64,000 nt of DNA, taken from NCBI GenBank assembly GCA_951406725.2, contig OX597823.1, positions 110,546,001 to 110,610,000 of the forward strand, in the 5' to 3' direction. This DNA is from Octopus vulgaris. Lineage: Eukaryota. The notes under the pieces were generated by a model, which made no database searches, had not been told where the DNA came from, and saw only the letters and a program-made list of their open reading frames with translations. The translations under genes and the position numbers were made by a program. Below, in pieces: positions 41,430-54,107 of the stretch (within the stretch, counting starts at the first letter, position 1; every line of letters begins with the position of its first letter).

Positions 41430-41658
41430 CATCATCATCATCATCATCATCGTTTAACGTCCACCTTCCATGCTAGCATGGGTTGGACGATTTTGACTGA
41501 GGGCTGGCGAACCAGATGGCTGCACCAGGCTCCAATCTTGATCTGGCAGAGTTTCTACAGCTGGATGCCCTTCCTAATGCCAACCACTCTGAGAGTGTAG
41601 TGGGTGCTTTTTATGTGCCACCGGCACGGGGGCCATTCAGGCGGTACTGGCAACGACC
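41430..41658 (-). mobile_element. SINE family D
   Basis: (CAT)n followed by cgtttaacgtccaccttccatgctagcatggg. Confidence 0.87.
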
Positions 41659-42104
41659 AGAAATACTAATGTACTGTTTCATTTATAGATATTGCTATTG
41701 TCAATTTTTGCATTGTTTTTCATCCCCAGGTCAGTTCCGACCTTGAGTATCCATTTTCCAATGTATTCCAGCAATGACCATCCTGTCTTCATAGAAGGTA
41801 CCCAGGATAACATTATTGAATGCGTCCTGTTCTTATTTAGGATTATAGGATATTAATTGAGATCAAGCAGCTATTTTGAGTGGGGTGGTTACCCATGTCA
41901 TGCAGTACAGTTTAGTAGAAAATTACTGAAGCATCACATACTGCCGTGTTGCACAATGCAGTCTGATCACAATGTGGTTTAGTACTGTAGTCTGTACAGA
42001 GCAGTGTTGTTGTGTACAATGTCATGAGCATCACTAAAGTACTACATATTGATATGCTACACAGTTTGGTGAAACCATATTACGATATACTACAGTTCTC
42101 TATA

Positions 42105-43272
<1,168 letters not shown>

Positions 43273-43295
43273 TTATTATTATTATTATTATTATT

Positions 43296-44790
43296 CAGTA
43301 GTTTTATTTTTATTTTTATAGCGTGCTTTCACTTCACTACCGAGCGCAGCTCTGTGTGCCTTGGGTATGTGCTGTGATTTGTTGTGATGCTCTGATGGTT
43401 ATTGTATGGAAAGTGTTCTGCGTAGGATGTGGGCAGTGCCTAGTAGTGCAATTTTCTGTATGTTATATGTGTTTGTAAGTCCTGGTGTTTTTGTTATGTA
43501 TTTGTCTGAATATTTTTTTATCATGCCTAATGCACCTACTATGATAGGAATTGTTTCTGTTTTCAGATTCCACATTCTAGTTACCTCTATTTCCAGGTCT
43601 TTGTATTTTGAGAGTTTCTCCATTTCTTTTAGAGACACGTTGTCATCTGCCGGTATTGATACATCAATTAAAAAGCATTTTTTTTCTTCATGATCTCTGA
43701 CAACTATATCTGGTCTGTTGGCCTTAATTTCTCTATCTGTGTGTATCGGCATATCCCAGAGTATGGTTGCTTTCTCGTTTTCTGTGACCTTTTCTGGTGT
43801 GTGCCTATACCATCTTTTTTCTGTTGTTATTCCATAATGTTGGCATAGCTTCCAATGTATGTAGGTTCCAACTCTGTCATGTCTGTGAATATATTCCTTC
43901 TTAGCCAGGACTGGGCAGCTGGAGATAATATGATTTATTGTTTCTTGTCCATCTCCACATATTCTGCAGTTACTTGTAATATTTCTTTTCATTACATGTT
44001 TTTGGTAATTTCTGGTGGGGAGGCTTTGGTCTTGTGCTGCAATTAAAAATCCCTCTGTTTCTGCTTTGAGTCCTGAGCTTCTCAACCATTGCTGGGATTT
44101 TTCTTTGTCTATTTCTTTTGCGTTTAGTTTAGTGCAGTATTTACCATGAAGGGGCTTTTCTTGCCATCGTTTTATCATGGTTCGTTGCTGTTCTGTTTTT
44201 AGTTTGGATTTCATTTGTTTTATAGCTTTTGTTGTTTCTTCATCTTCTTCTTCTTCTTCATGTTTATTAGGTGGTATGATTTCTTGTTTGTATTTGTCAG
44301 CTTCCTTAAATACTGAGAACAGTTTTTTGTTTTGCTCGTGTTTTGCCGCTATCTGGATCAGTTTTCCTTCCTTCTGAAGTAGATATTTTTGCAGTCCTAT
44401 GGTGGTTATTTTATAGTAGTTTTCCAGTTGTATAAGGCCTCTACCACCTTCCATACGTTGTATATATAGTCTTTCTATGTCAGATTTTGGGTGATGCATC
44501 CTAGATCCTGTCATTATTTTTCTTGTTTTCCTATCTATTTTGGTCAGTTCATTTCGTGTCCAGTTAAGGATATTGTAGCTGTAACTTATAACTGGGACAG
44601 CTAAAGTGTTGATACCTATTATCTTGTTTTTAGCATTGAGCTCTGTGTTTAGTATTGATCTAACTCGTCTATAATATTCTTTTTTTATTTTCTCTTTCAT
44701 TTGTGTGTGTTGTGTCTTATCTAGTTCATGGATTCCTAAGTATTTGTAAGTTTGGCTTTGGTCTAATTCTTTTATTTCATTGGTTTTATC
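43296..44790 (-). mobile_element. REL-endonuclease LINE (R4/Dong-like), 5'-truncated, family 1
   Basis: Bounded by (TTA)n at 43273-43295 and 44791-44933; contains the ORF listed next. Confidence 0.93.
43399..44790 (-). CDS. Truncated retrotransposon ORF: RT C-terminus/thumb, CCHC zinc knuckle, restriction-like endonuclease (463 codons, no native start)
   Basis: Frame stays open 30 codons upstream of the annotated Met (DKTNEIKELDQSQTYKYLGI); GGRGL, CRIC..ETINHIISSC, RHD and RPDIVV..LIDVSIP..EKLSKY motifs. Confidence 0.9.
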   Translation of the reverse strand, partial: DKTNEIKELDQSQTYKYLGIHELDKTQHTQMKEKIKKEYYRRVRSILNTELNAKNKIIGINTLAVPVISYSYNILNWTRNELTKIDRKTRKIMTGSRMHHPKSDIERLYIQRMEGGRGLIQLENYYKITTIGLQKYLLQKEGKLIQIAAKHEQNKKLFSVFKEADKYKQEIIPPNKHEEEEEDEETTKAIKQMKSKLKTEQQRTMIKRWQEKPLHGKYCTKLNAKEIDKEKSQQWLRSSGLKAETEGFLIAAQDQSLPTRNYQKHVMKRNITSNCRICGDGQETINHIISSCPVLAKKEYIHRHDRVGTYIHWKLCQHYGITTEKRWYRHTPEKVTENEKATILWDMPIHTDREIKANRPDIVVRDHEEKKCFLIDVSIPADDNVSLKEMEKLSKYKDLEIEVTRMWNLKTETIPIIVGALGMIKKYSDKYITKTPGLTNTYNIQKIALLGTAHILRRTLSIQ

Positions 44791-44933
<143 letters not shown>

Positions 44934-45751
44934 ATAGTTTATGCTTGTTTTTTTGTCAGTCTCAAAATGACCCTAACAGAGCAGGCAATCCACTTATAAA
45001 TAAAGTCTCTACTGAAACAGTATAAGATTTATCTGAAGCTGTAAAATTGTATATACTGCCAAATGTATCATTTGTATCTTTTTTTTCTATATTCCTCTAT
45101 GAGCACAACCCCCCACCCCCCAAAAAAAAGCAAGGAAATGATTTTAAATAAATTTTGACCCTAAATGGAACCTTCCTTTTGAGATTGTGTATGTTTCATC
45201 TTATTTAAATAACTTATTGTAATATCTTAGTAGTTCCATATAACTATTTATAATATCCTTCTGCGGTGTCCATTTTTTGATATCCTTTTGTATTATCTTA
45301 TTTCAATATCTTACTGATGTAGCATTAAAATATCTTATTGTAAATCCTATTGTAACAGTCTATTGTAGTATGCTCTTATAATATTCTCCTGTAATATCAT
45401 ATTGCAAAGTCCTATAATTTCCTATTGTATTATCCTGCAGTAGTGTCTTATAAGAATATCCTATTGCAAAGTCCTATTTTAATATCTTATAGCCATATCT
45501 TCAGCTCTAAGTAGTTACTTTGTGTCATGACCTGTTGTTCAACCTAACCAATGGGGTCTTTTCTATACTAATGTGTCGTCTTCTTTCTCTGTTAAGTGGC
45601 AAAGAGGCAGAGTCATTAAAGCATCAGTTAGAAAGCCTTGAAGGATCTATCTCTAATTTCTAATCTCTAAGATCAAATTCTGTAGAAGTCAACCTCACTT
45701 TTCATCCTTGCAAAGCACCAATCAGGAACTGCTATTGATTCTCCTCTCTTT

Positions 45752-46088
45752 GAGGGCGGTGAGCTGGCAGAGAGGTTAGCACGCCGGGCAAAATGTTAAG
45801 CGGTATTTCATCTGTCATTACGTTCCGAGTTCAAATTCCGCCGAGGTCGACTTTGCCTTTCATCTTTGCAGGGTCTATTAAATAAGTACCAGTTATCGAC
45901 TTAATCCTCTCCCCCAAGCTGCCCTTGTGGTAAAATTCGAAATCATTATTGTAGTTGTTGTTTACCATTCCTGGCATAGATAAATAAAGTACCAGTTACA
46001 CACTGGGGTTGATGTAATCGACTTAATCCCTTTGTCTGTCCTTGTTTGTCCCCTCTGTGTGTAGCCCCTTGAGAGTAGTAAAGAAATA
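45752..46088 (+). mobile_element. SINE family E, internally rearranged, with 14-bp target-site duplication
   Basis: tgattctcctctct at 45736-45749 and 46092-46105. Confidence 0.85.
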
Positions 46089-46517
46089 TACTGATTCTCC
46101 TCTCTCTCTCTTTGTTATGTTGTGCTGTGAGAATGATTATGGGAGACTACTGATGTAACTCTTTTCTTTAGAGATAGATAGATATTGAGCAAGAGAGCTG
46201 ACAGCTGCTTAGAAAACGAAGATGGTTATGCTACTGAAGTCATCTTACGAACAACAAAGAAATAAGGAAAACTGTGAGAGGGCACAAAATTCTTTCTGTT
46301 GAAGTTCTGCTGACTTGAACTGTTGTTATTTAGACCAGTTAAGCAATGAAAATGCAAGCATATAATCAAAATATCTAAGCTTAGATTATTTTGCCCTCAT
46401 ACCACGACCACTGTGCATTGTCCAATATGCTTCTCTTTCTCTTTCAAGATTGTAAGAGTGATTACAGTCTTAGGGGAAATTTAGCTACTATTCATTGAAA
46501 GTCAGATGGCTAATACT

Positions 46518-46749
46518 TATTTCTTTACTACCCAGAAGGGGCTAAACACAGAGAGGACAAACAAGGACAGACAAATGGATTAAGTCGATTACATCGACCC
46601 CAGTGCGTCACTGGTATTTAATTTATCGACCCCGAAATGATGAAAGTTAAAGTCGATCTTGGTGGAATTTGAACTCAGAACGTAACGGCAGACAAAATAC
46701 CACTAAGCATTTCACCCGGTGTGCTAACGTTTCTGCCAGTTCACTGCCT
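46518..46749 (-). mobile_element. SINE family E
   Basis: Reverse complement of 35875-36101. Confidence 0.87.
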
Positions 46750-47027
46750 TTCAGAAGGCTAATATCTTGGGGCTTTTGTTGGCTTATTATTACTATTATT
46801 GTAGTTGTTGTTTGCTACGTTCTGAGTTCAAATTTCACCAAGGTCGACTTTGCCTTTCATCTTTGCAGGGTCTATTAAATAAGTACCAGTTATTACCTTG
46901 TGGTAAAATTTGGAATCATTATTGTAGTTGTTGTTATTTACCATTCCTGGCATAGCTGATATTGCTGTTGCTGTTGTTACTGTTATTGATATTGTGGCAG
47001 AAATCAAGGTGGCAGAAACGCTAGCCC

Positions 47028-47454
47028 CAGGGCCGGATTATGGACCATTGAGGCCCTAAGCACTTAAAAGATTTTAGTACCCCTATAACAGATTTTTCCA
47101 TTCAAAATATAAACAATAACAAACCATGAAATAAACTTTTATTTTTCAAAACGAAATAAAGCAGTAAGAGGGAAAATAATGTTTATTTTTGTATTTTTTC
47201 CACTTTATTTGTATTTCAGAAGTTTTCTCCTACTTTTTGACTTACAAAGTCTTTGATTAGATCCTCAGAATTAATCACAGGTAACACATCTGCATCTATA
47301 CTTAATAGAGATAAGGGCATCTCAAGTATTATTTTAGCAAGTTTAAAGGGATTTCTTTTGTGCAGTAAATCATTTACCATTTCTGTGGTGCCCCCTTCCT
47401 TGCCTTAATGTCCTAAGCCCATGCGTATTTTGCTTAAGGGTTAATCCAGTGCTG
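47028..47454 (-). mobile_element. Non-autonomous hAT element inserted in a degenerate family E SINE
   Basis: TIRs cagggccggatta / taatccagtgctg; 8-bp flanks gctagccc / gttagcac; minus strand ~47215-47315 reads LSLLSIDADVL...EDLIKDFVSQKSRRK (hAT C-terminus). Confidence 0.85.
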
Positions 47455-47751
47455 GTTAGCACACCAGACAAAATGCTGCTAAGTCCTTCATCCATCTTTA
47501 GGTTTTGAGTTCAAATACCATCAAGGTTGATTTTGTCTTCCATCCTTCTGGGGTTGATAAAATAAGTACCAGTTGCATACTGAGGCCGATAGTGTCAGCT
47601 GGCTCCTTCTGCCAAAATTTCAGACCTGGTGCCTATGGTAGAAAGGATATTACTGAATCAGGTGTTGTTGCTGATTTCACCATGGTGGTTGATCCTGTTT
47701 TGGCTCTTCTTCATCTTCATCATCCTCATGCTCTTCATTTCATTCTTCTAG

Positions 47752-47877
47752 TTCTTCTTCTTCTTCTTCTTCTTCTTCTTCTTCTTCTTCTTCTTCTTCT
47801 TCTTCTTCTTCTTCTTCTTCTTCTTCTTCTTCTTCTTCTTCTTCTTCTTCTTCTTCTTCTTCTTCTTCTTCTTCTTC
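47752..47877. repeat. (CTT)n microsatellite; a second tract lies at 49175-49297
   Basis: Direct reading; explains the poly-L, poly-R and poly-S ORFs. Confidence 0.97.
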
Positions 47878-48397
47878 TCCTTCTTCTCCTCCTCCTCCTT
47901 CTCCTCCTTCCCCTCTTCCTCTTACACCTCCTTCTCCATATCCCTGTTATTCTCATTTTTGTTGTTGTTATTCCCTGCTCTGATTACACTGGGCCTTTCC
48001 TTGTTGTTCTTACTGTTGATGTCACTGTGATTGTTGTTATTGTTGTTGTTGTTGTTGCTGTTGATATCACTGTGGCTTTTATTATTGTTGTTGCTATTGT
48101 TACTGTTTTTCTTCACTGTTGTTATTGCTGCTGCCACTACTGCTACCGCTGCTACTGTTGCTGTTGCCACTTTGGTTCCAAGCTATTATTCCAGTCAGTT
48201 GGCCATTCTAATCTAAGTCTATTACCATATATCACACAAGACTTAATATATTAGGTAAAACCAGCCAACATTTCCTGAGAAACCTGATTAATAACCAGCC
48301 AACGTTAAAGACACTCTTTGAAATAGTCAACAACTCAACCAACATGGAACTGATTATCAAGGAATTTACTTTAAACTTTTCACATTTTCAATATCAT

Positions 48398-48450
<53 letters not shown>

Positions 48451-48562
48451 CATTATTCATTTTTATCTAATATGGTCTCATTTTCTTCCTTTATTGCCTT
48501 TGATTCCACATACTTCAATTCTATATTCTGTGATTATATATAAATATATGTATCCTTATACC

Positions 48563-48629
<67 letters not shown>

Positions 48630-48646
48630 GTGCATACCTTACATAC

Positions 48647-48714
<68 letters not shown>

Positions 48715-48747
48715 TCATATATATATATTTATATATATATATGTATA

Positions 48748-48783
<36 letters not shown>

Positions 48784-49553
48784 TGTATGTATGTATTTAT
48801 ATACACAGCCTATATTTGTCGACATATTATCTTTTCTTATGTTTAGCGAAGAGAGATGTATTGTTTGATCAGTCGAGTGAGTGGATAGACCTAATGGACA
48901 ACCAGCCTCTGGGGTTTTGGTGTTTTGTATTTTGGGGTTGGTGCAACTGCTGTGATTATTCACAAGACATATTTACTTGCAGTAACTCAGGCCACTTAAC
49001 AGCAAACGAATGCCATTTCATGGCCTTCTTCATCACAGTTTCTAGCAGTGATAGGTAAAATTTGGGAAAAAGTTTCAGAAAACCAAGTTTGAAACTTTGT
49101 CGACATTTCATTCTTCTTCTTTTTCTTCTTCTTCTTCTTCATCATCATCATCATCCTCATGCTCTTCATTTCATTCTTCTTCTTCTTCTTCTTCTTCTTC
49201 TTCTTCTTCTTCTTCTTCTTCTTCTTCTTCTTCTTCTTCTTCTTCTTCTTCTTCTTCTTCTTCTTCTTCTTCTTCTTCTTCTTCTTCTTCTTCTTCTACA
49301 TGTGGCCTGAAAAAGTTGTAAACAATTCTGGTTGACTTTACATAATCAAGAGTACAATTTTACACACACTGGTCATTTCAATCCTTATTCCAGAACAAAT
49401 GTTCAAATCTCTAATTCCTAATTACACAGCAAGATTCATATATATTTATCAAATGTGTGGCTATAAACCTTAATACTTATTTCTTCATAAATGTTACTGC
49501 TTTGTTGGTACATGTGCATAATATTTCATTTACTATATTAATGGTAAATAAAT

Positions 49554-49587
<34 letters not shown>

Positions 49588-49785
49588 CACCTGTGCGGGT
49601 GGCACGTAAAAAGCACCCACTACACTGATGGAGTGGTTGGCGTTAGGAAGGGCATCCAGCCGTAGAAACACTGCCAGATCAGACTGGAGCCTGATGCAGC
49701 CTCCTGGCTTCACAGACCCCAGTTGAACCGTCCAACCCATGCTAGCATGGAAAGCGGATGCTAAATGATGATGATGATGATGATG
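49588..49785 (+). mobile_element. SINE family D
   Basis: ggagtggttggcgttaggaagggcatccagcc...catgctagcatggaaagcgga...(GAT)n. Confidence 0.87.
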
Positions 49786-49815
49786 TATGTATGTATATAT
49801 ATATATATATATATA

Positions 49816-50075
49816 TTATCAATAATAATAAAGGGTAAAATTAATTAATCAATTTAAAATTAATAATTTTACCAAGTAGTTTGGTATGTTAAAAGAACCA
49901 TTATTAGTAACCTTAGACAAAAATTCTATAATTATAAGCATAATTATAATTAGGGTTCAGGGAGATATCTTATGGTACTAGAATAGTATTTAACTGCTAT
50001 TTCTAAATTTTGATATGTGGTGAAGCAATTTTACTGAACCCTAATTATAATTATGCTTATAATTATAGAATTTTT
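49816..50075. mobile_element. (TA)n-flanked cassette with perfect 42-bp inverted repeat (49919-49960 / 50034-50075)
   Basis: aaaaattctataattataagcataattataattagggttcag and its exact reverse complement. Confidence 0.82.
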
Positions 50076-50262
50076 ATATACATACATATATATATATATG
50101 TTGTTTGATCATTTCCTGCCGCTCTAAAATTGTAGTTGTTTTTCTCTTAGGTTATTTCTGCTGTAATATTGGTGACATGGAATCCTTTCACCCCCTAGAT
50201 CTGATAAAATATTTGGGAAAATTTGTATTAATATATCTTGTCCATTGAAAATCCATATTTTT

Positions 50263-50348
50263 TGCAACTGAAGATGGTACTGTGTTTAAATTGATGTAAT
50301 GCTTTCATTGTTTGAGTAAATGGAGCCACTTGAAATGGATGTATTGCA
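50263..50348 (+). ncRNA. Type I hammerhead ribozyme motif (eroded stems)
   Basis: tgcaa-CTGAAGA-tggt...gcca-ctt-GAAA-tggatg-TA-ttgca: perfect 5-bp stem I, intact core, GUA cleavage triplet. Confidence 0.68.
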
Positions 50349-50547
50349 TTAATACCTGACATCCTGTTACTTATTTGATATATAAATATATGTATATCTA
50401 TCTATATATATATATATTATATTAAATTAGAGATAAAACCACTATTAGGCAAATCATACAATGAAAAGCTTAAGCCAATACATAAGATTAATTAATTTAT
50501 ATTATTTTAAATATATATCAAAATTATATAAAAAATAATGAGTATAA

Positions 50548-50610
50548 CACTACGATCGTTTCATGGCTGTCCAATTCGTAAAAATTCGAGTTACAGTCAA
50601 TCTTCAGGTG
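50548..50610 (-). ncRNA. Minimal type I hammerhead ribozyme motif
   Basis: Minus strand: cac-CTGAAGA-t-tgactgt...acagcca-t-GAAAC-gatc-GTA-gtg; palindromic stem III loop (acgatcgt). Confidence 0.78.
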
Positions 50611-51052
50611 ATTGAAATATATATATATATATATATATGAACTATATATATACATACATAAATCCACGCATACTCATATACGCATATAGAAAATATCCAA
50701 TTTTTTAGTATGCAATCATTTATGTTCTTTTATCACCTACAAAACGTTTCTGCTGCAATCATGGTACATCTTCCACATCTTTTAGTCTGTTATGATGCTA
50801 CAATCCATCGAGAGCTTCATTGTGGCAGTTTGGCTGCTAATTTGATTTCTTCGAAAAGCATAACGTCTCTATAGAGAGAACTGGATTTTTAGGCATGAGA
50901 ATGTATGAAGAATAGTTAAACCAACCAACTGACCGTTCATAAGCTCATGAATGTTTACCAGCATTACCAATTTGGTAGAAGTACATATTGGTACTGCTTG
51001 GATTAAATATCACCTTCAACCCAAAAGTTTGGAAAATTTTGGAAACTAGGCT

Positions 51053-51097
<45 letters not shown>

Positions 51098-51100
<3 letters not shown>

Positions 51101-51239
51101 GCAGGAGTGGCTGTGTGGTAAGTAGCTTGCTTACCAACTACATGTTGGTTCATTCCCACTGTGTGGCACCTTGAGCAAATAACCTCGGGCTGACCAAAGC
51201 CTTGTGAGTGGATTTGGTAGACGGAAACTGAAGGAAGTA

Positions 51240-51276
<37 letters not shown>

Positions 51277-51423
51277 TGTGTGTGTATATGTTTTTGAGTC
51301 TGCGTTTGTCTCCCCAACATTGCTTGACAACCGATGCTGGGTGTGTTTACATCCCTATAATTTAGCGGTTCATCAAAAGAGATCGATAGAATAAGTACTA
51401 GGCTTACAAAGGAAAAAGTCCTG
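51098..51423 (+). mobile_element. SINE family A, 3'-truncated
   Basis: Head and middle blocks present. Confidence 0.85.
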
Positions 51424-51961
51424 CATCATCAAGGTTACTCATATGTCAATAGAGCCAATATAGAAACCACAATATATAATGCCTTGTGGCATTTCACCCA
51501 TTTTTACACTCTGAGTTCGAGTTCTGCTGAAGTTGCCTTTCATCCTTTTGGGATTAATAAAATAAGGATCACCTGAGCACCTGGGTTGATGCAATGAACT
51601 TACACTCTCCCCTATAATTACTGGTCTTGTGCTAAAATTTGAAACCAATATATAAGAATGTTGGGCATTAGAAATTCAGATGCTTCACACCCAACAATCT
51701 TCAACTATAATACTTCACTCATAAGGTTTAGGACTACCTGTTGGATTCCTTTTATCTTGCCCAAGATGTCTTCCTAAGAGAGAGATCTTAGGAACTCAAA
51801 ACTGTAAAATGTGATTCCACCTCAACAAGGCAAAACTATACATGCATAGATATTTAGTGTATAATCAAAAAGATTTTGAAATGTGTAAAAGTGGTAAATA
51901 TATATAATAGAAAATATTTGTTGTGATAAGATGAAAAGGTGAAAACAGATAAAAATAAACA

Positions 51962-52437
51962 GGCGTAGGAGTGGCTGTGTGGTAAGTAGCTTGCTTACCA
52001 ACCACATGGTTCCGGATTCAGTCCCACTGTGTGGCACATTGGGAAAGTGGCTTCTACTATAGCCTCGGGCCGACCAAAGCCTTGTGAAAGAAGCCTAAAG
52101 TATATATGTATGTATATATGTATATATATTTATAAATTTATAAATGAGGGTGAATAATTGATATTAATTTAATAATACCATTAATTTAACACCAAGTGGC
52201 TTAGCACAAAAAACTAGGGGGAAAATACAAATTTATACATAAATTATTAGAGAGTTACCACTATGTGGATAGCTCTAGTGCTAAAAATAGCTTTGATAGT
52301 ATAGCCACAGAAAAGATGTTTCCAATTAGAAATATTTCTAATTGGAAACATCTTTTCTGTGGCTATACTATCAGAGCTATTTTTAGCACTAAAGCTATCC
52401 ACATGGTGGTAACTCTCTAATAATTTATGTATATATA

Positions 52438-52468
<31 letters not shown>

Positions 52469-52701
52469 GGATGTATGTGTGTGTATATGTTTGTGTGTTT
52501 GTGTTTGTTCTCCCAACATCGCTTGACAACTGATGCTGGTGTGTTTGCGTCCCTGTAACTTAGCAGTTCAGCAGAAAGAGAGCGATAGAATAAATACTAG
52601 GCTTACAAAGAATAAAAGTCCTGGGGTTAATTTGCTCGACTAAAGGCGGTGCTCCAGCATGACCACAGTCACATGACTGAAACAAGTAAAAGAGTAAAAG
52701 A
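51962..52701 (+). mobile_element. SINE family A split at its internal (TA)n by a palindromic cassette
   Basis: Head at 51962-52096, tail at 52470-52701. Confidence 0.87.
52234..52433. repeat. Spacerless 200-bp palindrome, centre between 52333 and 52334
   Basis: 100-bp arms with 3 mismatches counted by eye. Confidence 0.95.
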
Positions 52702-52736
52702 AATATGTAGACACAGACCGTGATAGATATAAGTAT

Positions 52737-52783
<47 letters not shown>

Positions 52784-53173
52784 AATGTGGGAATGGTTGT
52801 ATAGGTGTGTATACCTGCAGGAATCAATATATACTCAAATACAAACACGTACATGCAAATTGCTTAATATTTGTACAAAGAAAAAGGAGTGCTCACTACA
52901 TATTGTACAGACTATTTTGTCTTTAATTAGTTTTGTTTTTATTTAGACTGAACCAAACAGCTTCACTTTATCTAATTAATGACTTGAGTTTCACACCACT
53001 CAGCCATCTGATGAACATAGTATCATGAAACTCACACTGCAAAAACAAACACTCTGCTTCACTTTATAGGTATATATATATATATTCATATATTGCTTTT
53101 ATTTCATCATCTAGCTTCAGCTCACGATCTGTGGCCATGCTGGGGCACCGCCATTAGAATGATATCGTGCATC

Positions 53174-53216
<43 letters not shown>

Positions 53217-53225
53217 CACACAAAC

Positions 53226-53285
<60 letters not shown>

Positions 53286-53588
53286 GTATTTATACATAGG
53301 TATGTATATATATATGCTTGTGTGTGTATGTATATATAAATATATATATATATATATATACACACACGCATACATACATAAATATATGTATTTATACTTT
53401 GGTATGTATGTATATATATATATATATATATTGTGTGTGCATATATATATATATATAAATATATATATAAATATATATACACAAAACTATATATATATCT
53501 ATGGCAACTTATGGCTGGTATTAGGTGCAGAAGCAATGTAATTTGCAATTAAAACCTGTATTTCCCCCATCTTCATGTTATTTACATA

Positions 53589-53652
<64 letters not shown>

Positions 53653-53677
53653 TGGATAGATAGATAGATAGATAGAT

Positions 53678-53795
53678 AGCCTAGTACTTATTCTATCAGT
53701 CTCTTTTTGCCAAAACACTAAGTTACATGGATGTAAACACAATATCATCAGTTGTCAAGCAATGGTGGGGGACAAACAAAGACACGCAAACATAT

Positions 53796-53882
<87 letters not shown>

Positions 53883-54107
53883 ATATGTATGAATGTATGT
53901 ATTTGTGTGTCTGTGTTTGTCCCCCCACCATCGCTTAACAACTGATGTTAGTGTGCTTATATCCCCAAAATTTAGCAGTTAAGCAACGAGTCCATGAGAA
54001 TAAGTACTAGGCTTGCAAAGAACAAGTCCTGGGGACGATTTGTTTGACCAAAGGCAGTTCTTCAGACTAAAGGCCATGCAGTCAAAAATGACTGAAACAA
54101 GTAAAAC
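53678..54107. mobile_element. Two oppositely oriented family A fragments (53678-53790 minus; 53903-54107 plus)
   Basis: Both match the family A middle block. Confidence 0.75.

Noticed and set aside
47505-48254. 249-aa ORF
   Set aside because: SINE remnant plus (CTT)n and (GTT)n repeats.
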